DNA from: Candidatus Poribacteria bacterium
GTDB taxonomy: Bacteria > Poribacteria > WGA-4E > WGA-3G
NCBI GenBank assembly: GCA_965242965.1
Contig: OZ251518.1
Span: forward strand, 5,280,001-5,344,000
DNA: 64,000 bases
Direction: 5' to 3'
The translations under genes were made by a program, and so were the position numbers. How positions within the stretch are numbered: the first letter of the stretch is position 1; each line of letters begins with the position of its first letter. Positions 10,960 to 21,474 of this stretch are shown piece by piece. The notes under the pieces were generated by a model. The model worked only from the letters and a program-made list of their open reading frames with translations. It was not told the DNA's origin and did not search any database.

Positions 10960-11697
10960 GAGGGGGTTTCGTAAGTCGTTTTCCCCGGTAGGAGAGACCT
11001 CCTGGTCTCGATGCAAGCGATGTTCCTTGTAGGAGAGACCTCCTGGTCTCGATTGTGATCAGGCGATCACAAACTACAGAGTGGGGAAAGCGAAAAAAAC
11101 GTCTCTCCTTTCTCTTAGGTCCGTTGGACCTAAAGACATAACTTGACGATAGAGATCGCGGGGGACAGGCCCCCGCGCTACGGGAAAAAACGGCGTGCGG
11201 TACCGTAGGGCTTGGGCCCTCGGATGCCATACGCGCATCCGAGCGGGTTTCCCTCGCCATCGTTCGCACTACGAAAAAACGTCTCTTGCTCTCTTCAGGT
11301 CCTAAAGGACCTAAAACGCGACTCTTGACGATGGAGATCGCGGGGGACAGGCCCCCGCGCTACGGGAAAAAACGGCGTGCGGTACCGTAGGGCGAGGGCC
11401 TGTCCCTCGCCATCGCTCGCGCTACGGAAAAATCGAGACCAGGAGGTCTCTCCTACGGGAAGCTCTCGGGCCCACCTCTGTAGTTTGGGAGCGCCCGCTC
11501 CCGAACGGGTCAGGAGCAGGCGCTCCTGAACTACAGAGGTAATGCAGTCTGACAGCAAGGCGCATGGCGAGGGACAGGCCCTCGCCCTACGGTGCGGGGG
11601 AGGCATTTTTTTCATCGTAGCGCGGGGCCCCTCGGATGCCCCACGCGCATCCGAGTGGGTTTCCCCCGCGACGTTGAGCGATTTATGAAGCACCCTC
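10960..11697. mobile_element. MITE-like REP mosaic
   Basis: Ends gagggggtttcgtaa / ttatgaagcaccctc; interior of GTAG palindromes. Confidence 0.75.
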
Positions 11698-11720
11698 AAA
11701 TAACCTGTATAAAACCGGAC

Positions 11721-12683
11721 CTATCGATAAGGCTCCACATCAATTCCCGGATATGCCTGCGCGAGGCGTTTGAGAGTCTCCTCCGTGTAGTAGGCATCGC
11801 CGGGGGCAGGCCATCCTAGCACGCTGCGCACCGATGGCGTTGTCCGCGCGACAAACTTCATATAGTGCGGGCTCGTCCAACCGGGCACAGGACGCGTCGT
11901 TTTACACCAATCCGCATTGTCGGCGCGATGGAAATGATACCCTATCCACGCGCGCTGTTTGCGGCGGTTCTTAAACGGCTGAGCCGCATGGACTAAATAA
12001 CTGGAACGGAAGGCGACACTCCCCGCCTTCGCCGTTACAGGAGTCGGCTCTCCTAACTCCGGAAATTCCCGCAAATCTCGAAGGCTCATGCCACCGGCGT
12101 GCCCCGGATGTTTTGCCCACACCGCATCCAATTGGTTCTGCGAACCTGGGCAGACGAGCATCGGCGCGCCATCTAACTCAATGTCGTGCAGGATAATCCC
12201 AGACAGGATATAGCCGTATCGTTGCCAATCCGGATGCGGCGGCAACGGCGAATTGGTGGCGTTGTCGATATGATACCCCTGCCACGGATGCTCACTATAA
12301 CGCGTATCGGTGAGGCCCTCTCGCACAAAAATCTGGCCATAGCCGAGCCGAATTTCTTCGCTGCCGAGCAGCTGCTGCGCAATCGCTAAATACGCCTCAT
12401 TTTCCAGAAGCGCGTCTACTGCCGCTAACCCAGTCGGAAAATGCAGGGCTTTTCCAAACGGACCGGCGAGTCTTCGCATTGCATCTGTCTTCTCATAAGC
12501 ACGCTGGAGTTCTTCCGGCTGTTCGTCCCACTTGGCGCGATATTCGGCGTAGGTTAACCCATCGTAGGCGTTCCGTTCGATTTCCGCTAACGCCGGCGCG
12601 ACCTGCTCAATTTGAAAAACGTCCGGCACCACAAGCGTCCCATCCCGTTTCCACGCCGCAAGTTGTTCGTGTGTCAGTTTCAT
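11721..12683 (-). CDS. Phytanoyl-CoA dioxygenase (PhyH) family protein
   Basis: W..DG.LVV start, HID facial triad, PGSQ, distal H in YLVHAA; ATGA overlap with rfbB. Confidence 0.85.
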   Translation of the reverse strand: MKLTHEQLAAWKRDGTLVVPDVFQIEQVAPALAEIERNAYDGLTYAEYRAKWDEQPEELQRAYEKTDAMRRLAGPFGKALHFPTGLAAVDALLENEAYLAIAQQLLGSEEIRLGYGQIFVREGLTDTRYSEHPWQGYHIDNATNSPLPPHPDWQRYGYILSGIILHDIELDGAPMLVCPGSQNQLDAVWAKHPGHAGGMSLRDLREFPELGEPTPVTAKAGSVAFRSSYLVHAAQPFKNRRKQRAWIGYHFHRADNADWCKTTRPVPGWTSPHYMKFVARTTPSVRSVLGWPAPGDAYYTEETLKRLAQAYPGIDVEPYR

Positions 12684-13693
12684 GAGAACTTCTCCCATTT
12701 ATCCTCTTCTACCGAGGCATGAATGTTCTCCCACCACGTCTGGTTTTCAATATACCATTGGAGCGTCTCGCGCAATCCCTGCTCAAACGCTATTTTCGGT
12801 TCCCAACCTAGTTCCCTACGAATCTTCGATGAATCCAATAGATACCGACAATCGTGTCCGGGCCGGTCGGGGACGTACGTTTTCAAAGCCTGCGGTTTGC
12901 CGACAACCTCCAAAATAAAATCGCTAATCTCCTCAATGCTTTTCTCAACCCCGCTGCCGACGTTGTAAGTTTCGCCGACTTTGCCGTCGTGGATAACTAA
13001 GGCAATCGCGCGACAATGGTCTTCAACATGCAGCCATTCTCGTCGGTTATGACTGCTGCGATAGAGCGTGAGCGGTTTATCTTGGAGCGCGTTCGTCGTA
13101 AACAGCGGAATCAACTTCTCTGGATGCTGATAAGGACCGTAGTTATTGGAGCAGTTAGAAATCGTAATCGGCATGCCAAAACTATGGAAATAGGCGTTGA
13201 CGAGATGGTCTGCCGCTGCTTTTGATGCGTTATAGGGGGTCTGGGGCCGGTAAGCGGTCTCCTCCGTGAACGCATCGGGTGAGTCCAACGGCAGTTCACC
13301 GTAGACCTCGCACGTAGAGATATGATGAAACCGATGCACGCCATATTTTCGGGCGGCATCCAGCACTATCTGCGTGCCGATGACGTTCGTCTCAAAGAAC
13401 CGCCGCGGTTCTAAAATCGCCCGGCTGTTGTGTGACTCGGCGGCGAAATTGACGATGACATCGGGATGATGGGTTTTCAGCACTGCTTCAACGAGCACCG
13501 CGTCCAGCATATCGCCGTGCGCAAACTCGTAACGCCGCGGGTAACGTTCTACCACATCCTTAAGATTGGCGAGGTTACCGGCGTAAGTGAGCCGGTCGAG
13601 GTTCACGATGGCATCGTCCGGGTAGTGCTGAAGCCAGTATCGAATGAAGTTCGTGCCGATGAACCCGGCCCCGCCGGTGACGAGTAATTTCAT
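12680..13693 (-). CDS. rfbB: dTDP-glucose 4,6-dehydratase
   Basis: GGAGFIG, FAAESH, YNASK, NNYGPYQHPEKLIP, DRPGHD. Confidence 0.95.
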   Translation of the reverse strand: MKLLVTGGAGFIGTNFIRYWLQHYPDDAIVNLDRLTYAGNLANLKDVVERYPRRYEFAHGDMLDAVLVEAVLKTHHPDVIVNFAAESHNSRAILEPRRFFETNVIGTQIVLDAARKYGVHRFHHISTCEVYGELPLDSPDAFTEETAYRPQTPYNASKAAADHLVNAYFHSFGMPITISNCSNNYGPYQHPEKLIPLFTTNALQDKPLTLYRSSHNRREWLHVEDHCRAIALVIHDGKVGETYNVGSGVEKSIEEISDFILEVVGKPQALKTYVPDRPGHDCRYLLDSSKIRRELGWEPKIAFEQGLRETLQWYIENQTWWENIHASVEEDKWEKFS

Positions 13694-13779
13694 TTGAGGT
13701 CTCTTCCTTCGGCCGGATAGAGAAATCCGTCCTGATATGAGTTGCGCAAAAGTCGCTTTGTCTATCTCTCGTTCTCAGC

Positions 13780-14373
13780 CTATCCCTGTTTGCCGTTTTC
13801 CGCTTCAAACGCCTTTTTTGTCTGCGTGAGTTCGTGGCGGACGTAGATAAAATAGGCATCGTCGCCATTTGTCCGATCCTTGAGCGATTCGAGGAGCGTT
13901 TGGAAGGCGTTCGGTTCGTTTTCCTCAAGCCATTGCATGGATTGGGCGAAGGCTTTGCGCGTGCGCGCTTGATGTAGGTTATGGTTCCGTTCTAACAGGA
14001 CGGACCAGAGGCGTTTGACTCTATCAATGTGCTGTTCGCACGGTGTGCCCTCACCATTGAGGGATAGTTTTCGGCGGCGGCGTTCCGCCGCGACCTCGCC
14101 AGTCCGCGGGACCCACACGATACGCTCCGCCGCCGCCCGACGAGCCAGATTTTTCTCTTCAAACCTCTCGTAGATTTGTGAAAGTTCCGCATCTTCTATC
14201 AGTTTCTCAAATTGTTCGGGAGCACGCCGTTTGAGAAATGATAACGACTGACATGCGTGTATTTTCGCTTCCTGTGCGTCCATCTTCGCGAGGCGGACGG
14301 CGCGTTCGGCGTGCTGTTCCACTCGTGTCCCAACCCCATTGAGGCGATAAGCACCTCGTCGTTTTTTAGCCAC
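13780..14373 (-). CDS. Hypothetical basic protein with internal duplication
   Basis: GTG start with AGGAG RBS; LNG.GT..EQH..R..RL and AQS/CQS...P..F..L occur twice. Confidence 0.7.
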   Translation of the reverse strand: MAKKRRGAYRLNGVGTRVEQHAERAVRLAKMDAQEAKIHACQSLSFLKRRAPEQFEKLIEDAELSQIYERFEEKNLARRAAAERIVWVPRTGEVAAERRRRKLSLNGEGTPCEQHIDRVKRLWSVLLERNHNLHQARTRKAFAQSMQWLEENEPNAFQTLLESLKDRTNGDDAYFIYVRHELTQTKKAFEAENGKQG

Positions 14374-14414
14374 CCTTTCACTCCTTCTTTGGTTTGTCAA
14401 AATTGGATACAAAC

Positions 14415-14444
14415 AATATATCATAAATGCGCGAGTGATGTCAA
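14415..14444 (-). promoter_or_regulatory. Sigma70-type promoter
   Basis: TTGACA-18 bp-TATATT with TG extension on the minus strand. Confidence 0.5.
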
Positions 14445-14454
14445 GAGTGTTTTT

Positions 14455-14862
14455 TGAGCAGGATTGAGCAGGATTGAGCAGGATTTTCAAGATTTTCAAG
14501 ATTTCACAAGATATGAGCAGGATTTTCAAGATTTCCAGGATTTACCAAGATTAGGTTTCTGGTGCGCCGTCGCGGTTTTGGCAGGCCACGGGGTATTTGA
14601 TGCACCAAGCCCTATAATCGTGGAAATCCTGCTCCTAATCGTGGAAATCCTGCTCCTAATCGTGTAAATCCTGCTCCTAATCGTGCGAAATCGTGATAAT
14701 CGTGCAAATCCTGCTCCTAATCGTGCAAATCCTGCTCCAAATCGTGCAAATCCTGCTCCAAATCGTGTAAATCCTGCTCCAAATCGTGTAAATCCTGCTC
14801 CTAATCATGAGAATCTTGTAAATCCTGCTCCAAATCGTGCTAATCCTGCAAATCCTGCTCAA
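14455..14862. repeat. AATCCTGCT repeat locus: inverted degenerate block plus 21-bp tandem array
   Basis: gagcaggatt/ttcaagatt units at 14455-14550; taatcgtgNaaatcctgctcc about 11 times from 14615. Confidence 0.9.
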
Positions 14863-14868
14863 ATTTCC

Positions 14869-14897
14869 TTGACAGACGAAACCCAAAATGATAAAAT
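14869..14897 (+). promoter_or_regulatory. Sigma70-type promoter of mod
   Basis: TTGACA-17 bp-TAAAAT with TG extension. Confidence 0.75.
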
Positions 14898-14945
14898 ATA
14901 CTGAAAACCCGAATTGAACCTAGCACCGAAGGATAACCACACCTA

Positions 14946-16610
14946 ATGCCAACGCTCAACTGGATCGGAAAAGAGGCGGTCGTCAATCATCACAACGAAG
15001 TGCCTGTCCATACACTCACGCACAACCCGGAACATTCTATCGGGACAAACGCGCCGCCATCGCCCGCGGCGGGGAATCTGCTCATTGAAGGCGATAACCT
15101 CCTCGCGCTCAAAGCACTCCTCACACACTACGCCGGCAAGGTTAAGTGCATCTTCATCGATCCGCCTTACAACACCGGCAACGAAAGCTGGGTTTACAAC
15201 GACAACGTCAATCATCCGACTATCCAGAAATGGCTCGGCAAAACCGTCGGCACGCTTACCGTCGATCTCTCCCGACACGACAAGTGGCTCTGCATGATGT
15301 ATCCGCGCCTCTGCCTACTCCATCAACTCCTCCGCGATGACGGCGCGATTTTCATCACCATTGACGACAACGAGGTGCATCACCTGCGCATGCTCATGGA
15401 CGACATCTTCGGCGAAGATAATTTCATCGCGAACATCGCATGGGAAAAACGTTACAGCCGTAATAACGATGCTAAACTCTTCTACTCTAAAAAGGACGCG
15501 GTTCTCGTCTTCCGAAAAAGCGATAAACTGAAACTTCTGCGGGAAAACCGGACTGATGAAGCGAACTCGCTATATAGCAATCCGGACAACGATCCTCGCG
15601 GCCCTTGGATGACTACGCCCTATGCGCGGAAAAGTAGCAAAAAACACGCGAATCTCGTTTATCCTATTACCAATCCTAATACCGGGGAAACCGTAATTCA
15701 CCCAGATTATGCGTGGAGATGCACAAAAGCACAGTATGAGATTGACGTGAAGGAAAACAGGCTCTATTGGGGGAAAAGTGGCCGGGCGAAATACCCGAGG
15801 CGAAAACGTTATCTTTCCGAAGCAAGCGGAATGGTCCCGATAGATATTTGGCTCCACAAAGAAACTGGCACCTCCGATGAAGGCACCAGAGAAGTCAAGC
15901 AGGTATTCAATACCGAAAACACTGTTTTTGACTATCCGAAGCCGACGCGCCTTATCCGACGCATCATCAACCTCGTCACAACCTCTGATGGCGATGACAT
16001 TATCCTTGATTCGTTCGCCGGGAGTGGCACGACTGGACATGCTGTCCTCGCGCAGAATCAGGAAGATGGCGGCAACCGGCGATTTATCCTCGTCGAATTG
16101 GATGCAACCATTGCCAGCGAGATTACGGCAGTGCGGCTTCAGCGCGTCATTAACGGCTGGAGGTATGAGAATAACGGCAAGCAACAGCACCGGTTCGGCA
16201 CGGGTGGCAGTTTCGCCTATTACCGCGTCGGCGAGACGTTATTGGAGAAGTCGGAGATTCCGTTTGACGAGATGGGGCAGTATCTCTTTTTCAAGGAGAC
16301 GGGAGTGCCGATGGAAGCGGATGCCGCGCTGGCTCTCACCGAATGTGAGTCGGATACTTATCCGAAAAAGAAGAAGGCGTATTGCGCGTGCAGTGCGGAT
16401 GAGCGGCTGCAGCGTGCTTTTCTCGGCAGTGCGAACGGCATCGGTGTCTATCTTCTCAACAGCGATGATATCTTGACAGAGGCGTTGCTCAGTCGTTTGC
16501 CTCCGCATTCGGGTAGCAGAGTTATCCATTGCGGTGGCAATCGGCTTACGGAGGCGGCGTTGCGGCGGTTGGGGGTTACGTTTAAGCAGATGCCGTATCA
16601 TTTGGTATAG
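14946..16610 (+). CDS. mod: Type III R-M DNA methyltransferase (Mod)
   Basis: MPTLNWIGK, GDNL, IDPPYN, PKP, DSFAGSGTT. Confidence 0.92.
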   Translation: MPTLNWIGKEAVVNHHNEVPVHTLTHNPEHSIGTNAPPSPAAGNLLIEGDNLLALKALLTHYAGKVKCIFIDPPYNTGNESWVYNDNVNHPTIQKWLGKTVGTLTVDLSRHDKWLCMMYPRLCLLHQLLRDDGAIFITIDDNEVHHLRMLMDDIFGEDNFIANIAWEKRYSRNNDAKLFYSKKDAVLVFRKSDKLKLLRENRTDEANSLYSNPDNDPRGPWMTTPYARKSSKKHANLVYPITNPNTGETVIHPDYAWRCTKAQYEIDVKENRLYWGKSGRAKYPRRKRYLSEASGMVPIDIWLHKETGTSDEGTREVKQVFNTENTVFDYPKPTRLIRRIINLVTTSDGDDIILDSFAGSGTTGHAVLAQNQEDGGNRRFILVELDATIASEITAVRLQRVINGWRYENNGKQQHRFGTGGSFAYYRVGETLLEKSEIPFDEMGQYLFFKETGVPMEADAALALTECESDTYPKKKKAYCACSADERLQRAFLGSANGIGVYLLNSDDILTEALLSRLPPHSGSRVIHCGGNRLTEAALRRLGVTFKQMPYHLV

Positions 16611-16652
16611 TGGCGGCGCGTTTTGACATGTTTATGGGGAATGTGTTAAACT

Positions 16653-17133
16653 GAGGGTGTTTCGTAACTCCGTTTCGGTATTTATCGCCCCTGGAGGCGG
16701 GCGAATACCGGTAGGCATCGGGCCCACCTCTGTAGTTCGGGATCGCCTGATCCCGAACGGGTCAAGATCTGGCGATCTTGACCTACAGGGGTGAGGCAGT
16801 CTGACACCAAAACGCATGGCGAGGGAAACCCGCTCGCCTGCGCGTGTGGCAGGCGAGGGCCTCGCCCTACGTGAAGGGGCGGCGTTTTTTCACCGTAGCG
16901 CGGGGGCCTGTCCCCCGCGTTGGCCATCGTCAAGCGGTGGCGTTTTAGATCCTCTCTGTAGTTTGTGATCGCCTGATCACAAACGGGTCAGGATCAGGCG
17001 ATCCTGCCCTACAGGGGTGAGGCGCGCCGCCCTATTGCATCGAGACCAGGAGGTCTCTCCTACGGGGACATCGCTTGCATCGAGACCGGGAGGTCTCTCC
17101 TACGGGGAATGTATTGATATATGAAACACCCTC
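16653..17133. mobile_element. MITE-like REP mosaic
   Basis: TIRs gagggtgtttcgt / atgaaacaccctc; flanks gttaaact / gtcaaact (7/8 match). Confidence 0.8.
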
Positions 17134-17167
17134 GTCAAACTGATAACGACCCTAAAAGGAGGCGCAA

Positions 17168-17890
17168 ATGACACAAACGCAGGTAACATTCACGTCCGAT
17201 GGGCTTCAGCCGTTCGTTGAACGCCTACTCTTTACTTCCCGGGAACGTCTCGTCGCCCTGCTTTCACAGGACGCGGAGAGGGCCGCGCTGGAAACGGAGT
17301 TCCGCGAGTTTTTTGAAGGGTATATCGGGCTCGGGTTTTTATTGGAGGATTACGAAGAATCGCTCCTCGCAGTCCTTGAGACAGAAGAAAGGTTTTCGCC
17401 GCTGCATCACCGTGTCAAGATGGTTGAGTCTCAGCGGAAATCGTCGCCGGATAGTCGCATTGCCCGGCGGATGGGAGTGGGTCCGCTTCTCACAGATCCG
17501 CAGCCGTCGATAAAAGTGATTGAACTGCCGGATGCCGAGTTCCGTGCGTTGCTGGAGATGCTGGTGAGTTGGCCGCTGTTCGCTGCGCGCGAACGCCTCG
17601 CCAAATTGCACAAGGATACCAAAACCGACGAAAATGGCACGCCACGCTTACGCGAGAGCAAACCAGACGCGCGTCTCAAACCCGCATTCTTGGAATTTTT
17701 CGTCTGCTACTTGGAACTTGAACAGTTCCTTGAAAATTATGAATATGACCAGGATGAAGGTTTGGAAGTGCGGCCTGAGGTTCTTGAAGAATGGGATCGC
17801 AGCATCGCGGAGGTCGAAGCGGGTGGGAAAACCTATTCGCTTGAGGAAATCGCGAAAGAGTTGGGGATTGAATTGGAATGTATACCCTAG
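17168..17890 (+). CDS. Putative long antitoxin with duplicated helical domain
   Basis: AGGAGG RBS; LF..RERL..L...F.EFF..Y..L...LE.Y twice; tail SIAEVEAGGKTYSLEEIAKELG; overlaps relE. Confidence 0.7.
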   Translation: MTQTQVTFTSDGLQPFVERLLFTSRERLVALLSQDAERAALETEFREFFEGYIGLGFLLEDYEESLLAVLETEERFSPLHHRVKMVESQRKSSPDSRIARRMGVGPLLTDPQPSIKVIELPDAEFRALLEMLVSWPLFAARERLAKLHKDTKTDENGTPRLRESKPDARLKPAFLEFFVCYLELEQFLENYEYDQDEGLEVRPEVLEEWDRSIAEVEAGGKTYSLEEIAKELGIELECIP

Positions 17891-18135
17891 AACTCAAACC
17901 ACGGGCCCGTAAGGATTTACAACGTTTGGATTCCTCGGTCCGCGCCCAAGTTGTCCGCAGGCTGCAGTGGTTGTGCCGCCATTGCGACGAAACCAAGCGC
18001 AAGGCACTGAAAGGCAAACATCGCGGTAAATTTAGGCTAAAAGTTGCCGAAGTTTATCGAGTCCTCTATAATTTTGATACAGGCACCAGAGTTCTGACTG
18101 TCCATCGAATTGGGCACCGCCGGAACGTCTATTAA
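17878..18135 (+). CDS. relE: RelE/ParE-family toxin
   Basis: 85 aa basic protein: ARKDLQRL, LKG, FRLKV..YRVLY, IGHRRNVY. Confidence 0.88.
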   Translation: MYTLELKPRARKDLQRLDSSVRAQVVRRLQWLCRHCDETKRKALKGKHRGKFRLKVAEVYRVLYNFDTGTRVLTVHRIGHRRNVY

Positions 18136-18137
18136 CC

Positions 18138-19002
18138 GAGGGTGTTTCATAATTCCGTTTGGGTATTTATCCCGCCTTGGAGGAAGGGCGAATACCGGCA
18201 GGCATCGGGCCCACCTCTGTAGTTCGGGATCGCCTGTGGGTGGGCGGTAAAACGGGTCAAGATCGCTTGGCAGGTATGCCAGAGCTTCAGACGATCTTGA
18301 CCTACAGAGGTGATGCACTCTGACCTCAAAACGCTGGCGAGTGAAACCCGCTCGCCTGCGCGTGTGGCAGGCGAGGGCCCCTCGCCCTACGTGAAGGGGC
18401 GGCGTTTTTTTTCCCGTAGCGCGGGGGCCTGTCCCCCGCGTTGCCTATCGTTAAGCGGTGGCGTTTTAGGTCCTCTCTGTAGTTTGTGATCGCCTGATCA
18501 CAAACAGGTCAGGATCAGGCGATCCTGACCTACAGAGGTGAGGCGCGCCGCCCTATTGCATCGAGACCAGGAGGTCTCTCCTACGGGACGCTCGCGGGGG
18601 ACAGGCCCCCGCGCTACGGTAACCGGACGGTTTTTTGGCAGCGGAACGGCTCCCCCCATCGTAGGGCGAGGGCCTGTCCCTCGCCGTGCTGCGGTCTATC
18701 GAACGCTCGCGGGGGACAGGCCCCCGCGCTACGGTAACCGAACGGTTTCTTGGCAGCAGAACGGCTCCCCCCTCCATCGTAGGGCGAGGGCCTGTCCCTC
18801 GCCATGCTGCGGTCCACCGAAAACTCGCGGGGGACAGGCCCCCGCGCTACGGTAACCGGACGGTTTTTTGGCAGCAGCACGGCTCTCCCCATCGTAGGGC
18901 GAGGACCTGTCTCTCGCCGTGCTGCGGTCTATCGAACGCTCGCGGGGGACAGGCCCCCGCGCTACGGTAACCGGACGGTTTCTTGAGTTACGAAACAGCC
19001 TC
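18138..19002. mobile_element. MITE-like REP mosaic with ~117-bp internal tandem
   Basis: TIRs gagggtgtttcataa / ttacgaaacagcctc; first ~450 bp collinear with 16653-17105; about three tandem REP-pair units at 18588-18982. Confidence 0.8.
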
Positions 19003-19035
19003 GCTTACGTATATCACAAGGAAAACTACCAAACC

Positions 19036-21438
19036 ATGCACCACATCCCCAAAGAATACCAACTCCGCACCCTTGAAACCTTGTCGGCTTACTATCAGAA
19101 ATGCCTGACATACGAAAAGGCAGATCTGGCTTTCTACGACATAACGGAGCGGCCCTATGCCCCCGTGGCTTCGTTACCCGGCATGCCTTATGTCTGCTTG
19201 CGGCTGCCGACTGGCGGCGGGAAAACCTTCGTCGCGTGTCATGCCGTGCGCATCACCGCGGCGGAACTCCTCAAAACCGAGAGCCCGATAGTCCTCTGGC
19301 TGGTGCCCTCAAATGCCATCCGCGATCAGACGCTGAACGCGCTCAAGGACCGGGCGCATCCGTATCGGCAAGCGTTGGAAGAGACGCGCCGCAACGCCGA
19401 AATCCGCACTGTCCAAGAGGCACTCCATCTGTCGCCTTCCGTGCTCAATACCAAAACGACGGTGATAGTCTCCACGATGCAGGCATTCCGCGTGGAGGAT
19501 ACCGAAGGACGCAAGGTTTATGAAAACTCCGGCGCGCTGATGGGGCATTTCACGCACCTGCCGGAAGAAACCCTCTCGCAGATTGAACGCGAAGAAGATG
19601 GCACCCCGGTTTATTCCCTTGCGAATCTTTTGCGCGTGAAACGTCCGCTTGTCATTGTCGACGAGGCGCACAACGCGCGCACGGAACTCTCATTTGAAAC
19701 GCTGGCGCGCTTTCGTCCCGCCGCTATCATTGAATTCACGGCGACACCCGATACGGAGAAAAATCCCTCCAATGTGCTCTACACCGTCTCCGCCGCCGAA
19801 CTTCACGCCGAAGACATGATTAAGATGCCGATTCAGTTGGAGACAATGCCGGCGTGGAAGCAGCTCCTCGCCGCCGCTATCGCGCAGCGGGATGCCTTGG
19901 AGACAGACGCGCAACGGGAACAGCACGAAACTGGCGAATACATCCGTCCTATTATGCTCATTCAGGCGCAGCAGCGGCGCAAAAATCAGGAAACCTTGAC
20001 GGTAGAAGTTGTTGAGAAGTGCCTTCGCGAGGACTACGGTATTCCCGAAGAGCAAATCGCCCGCGCCACGGGAGAGGACAGAGGTTTGGAAGATGTCGTG
20101 TTGGATGCCCCGGAATGCGCTATCCGCTATGTGATTACCGTGCAGGCGTTGCGCGAGGGATGGGACTGTCCCTTTGCCTACGTCCTCTGCTCTGTCGCCG
20201 AGATGCGTTCCTCCAGAGCCGTAGAGCAGCTATTAGGAAGAGTCATGCGCCTGCCGCGTGCACGCCGCAAGCAACAGGCATCGCTCAACAAGGCTTATGC
20301 CTTCGTCGCTTCGCGCAATTTTTACGAGACTGCATCAGCCTTAGCCGATGGGCTCGTCCAAAACGGATTTGAGAGACAGGCGGCAGCCGAGCTCATCCGC
20401 GACACAACCGAGCAACCCGTTCTCCCGCTCTTTGCCTACGAGACGAGGGAGAACATTGAATCCGCGCCTGTTGAACGCGGCGAAGTCTTTCAAGTGCCGA
20501 AACTCGTTATTCAACGCGACGCGATGTTCCTTGATTTTGAGGAATCGCGATTCTTGGAGACACCGTGGTCGCTTTCTGAATGCGATGCCGAACTCACTGA
20601 AGAAGAGTTCCCTTCGGAATTCAACACCGGCGTGCGCGGCGAAATCGGTGTCTCAGGTGCCGGGAAGATCGAGATGCACTTCCTCGGTGAACTGCATCAG
20701 CAGATGTTTCACCTCGCACCCGATAAAGGTTGGGATGCCGCCAAACTCGCCGAATGGTTGGACAGAACCATTATCCATCAGGATATTCTGCAACGCGAAT
20801 CACTCCCGTTCCTGCAAAACCTTGTCAAGCATCTGATTGAGACGCGCGGCATTCCGATAGAGGTGCTTCTTCACAACAAATATGTCCTAAAAGATACCGC
20901 CGCGGCGAAGATTGATAGTCACCGGCAGCGCGCCCACCGCGGTGCTTACGAAAACTTCCTTTTGCCCGAATGCGAAACGCCGGTAGTCGTCTCCCCCGAA
21001 AACTGCTTCACTTACGAACGTTATCCCTATAACACCCGATACACCGGCGCGTATCAGTTCCAAAAACACTATTACCGCGACATTGGGGAACTGAAATCGG
21101 AGGGTGAAGAATTCCGCTGCGCGCAGTTTATTGACACTCTCCCGGAAGTCAAGTTTTGGGTGCGCAATCTGGAACGTCAACCGCTGTATGCGTTTTGGCT
21201 CCAGACCATGGATGATAAGTTTTATCCCGATTTTGTCTGCCTGTTAACAGATGGCCGTTATCTCGTCGTTGAGTATAAAGGCGAGCATCTCTGGAGCGCG
21301 GACGATGCCGTTGAGAAACGTGAAATCGGCGAACTCTGGGAGGCGCGGAGTCATGGACAGTGCCTCTTCGTCATGCCGAAGGGGACTGATTTTGAGGCAA
21401 TCCGCGCGAAGTTTATTGACAATCCAAGACAAAAGTGA
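19036..21438 (+). CDS. res: Type III R-M restriction subunit (DEAD/DEAH helicase plus nuclease)
   Basis: PTGGGKT, VDEAH, EGWDCP, QLLGRVMR, YPDF...VEYKG. Confidence 0.92.
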   Translation: MHHIPKEYQLRTLETLSAYYQKCLTYEKADLAFYDITERPYAPVASLPGMPYVCLRLPTGGGKTFVACHAVRITAAELLKTESPIVLWLVPSNAIRDQTLNALKDRAHPYRQALEETRRNAEIRTVQEALHLSPSVLNTKTTVIVSTMQAFRVEDTEGRKVYENSGALMGHFTHLPEETLSQIEREEDGTPVYSLANLLRVKRPLVIVDEAHNARTELSFETLARFRPAAIIEFTATPDTEKNPSNVLYTVSAAELHAEDMIKMPIQLETMPAWKQLLAAAIAQRDALETDAQREQHETGEYIRPIMLIQAQQRRKNQETLTVEVVEKCLREDYGIPEEQIARATGEDRGLEDVVLDAPECAIRYVITVQALREGWDCPFAYVLCSVAEMRSSRAVEQLLGRVMRLPRARRKQQASLNKAYAFVASRNFYETASALADGLVQNGFERQAAAELIRDTTEQPVLPLFAYETRENIESAPVERGEVFQVPKLVIQRDAMFLDFEESRFLETPWSLSECDAELTEEEFPSEFNTGVRGEIGVSGAGKIEMHFLGELHQQMFHLAPDKGWDAAKLAEWLDRTIIHQDILQRESLPFLQNLVKHLIETRGIPIEVLLHNKYVLKDTAAAKIDSHRQRAHRGAYENFLLPECETPVVVSPENCFTYERYPYNTRYTGAYQFQKHYYRDIGELKSEGEEFRCAQFIDTLPEVKFWVRNLERQPLYAFWLQTMDDKFYPDFVCLLTDGRYLVVEYKGEHLWSADDAVEKREIGELWEARSHGQCLFVMPKGTDFEAIRAKFIDNPRQK

Positions 21439-21474
21439 TAAAATGCCCAACAAATCCACACAAAAGGAAAAACC

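Noticed and set aside
14615-14862. 21-bp periodic array as a CRISPR, and ORFs 14683-14904 and 14677-14886
   Set aside because: Units are contiguous with no unique spacers and no cas genes; the ORFs are translations of the repeat
18538-19035. Overlapping ORFs and the N-terminal extension of res
   Set aside because: They lie in REP tandem DNA; the real res start is the ATG at 19036
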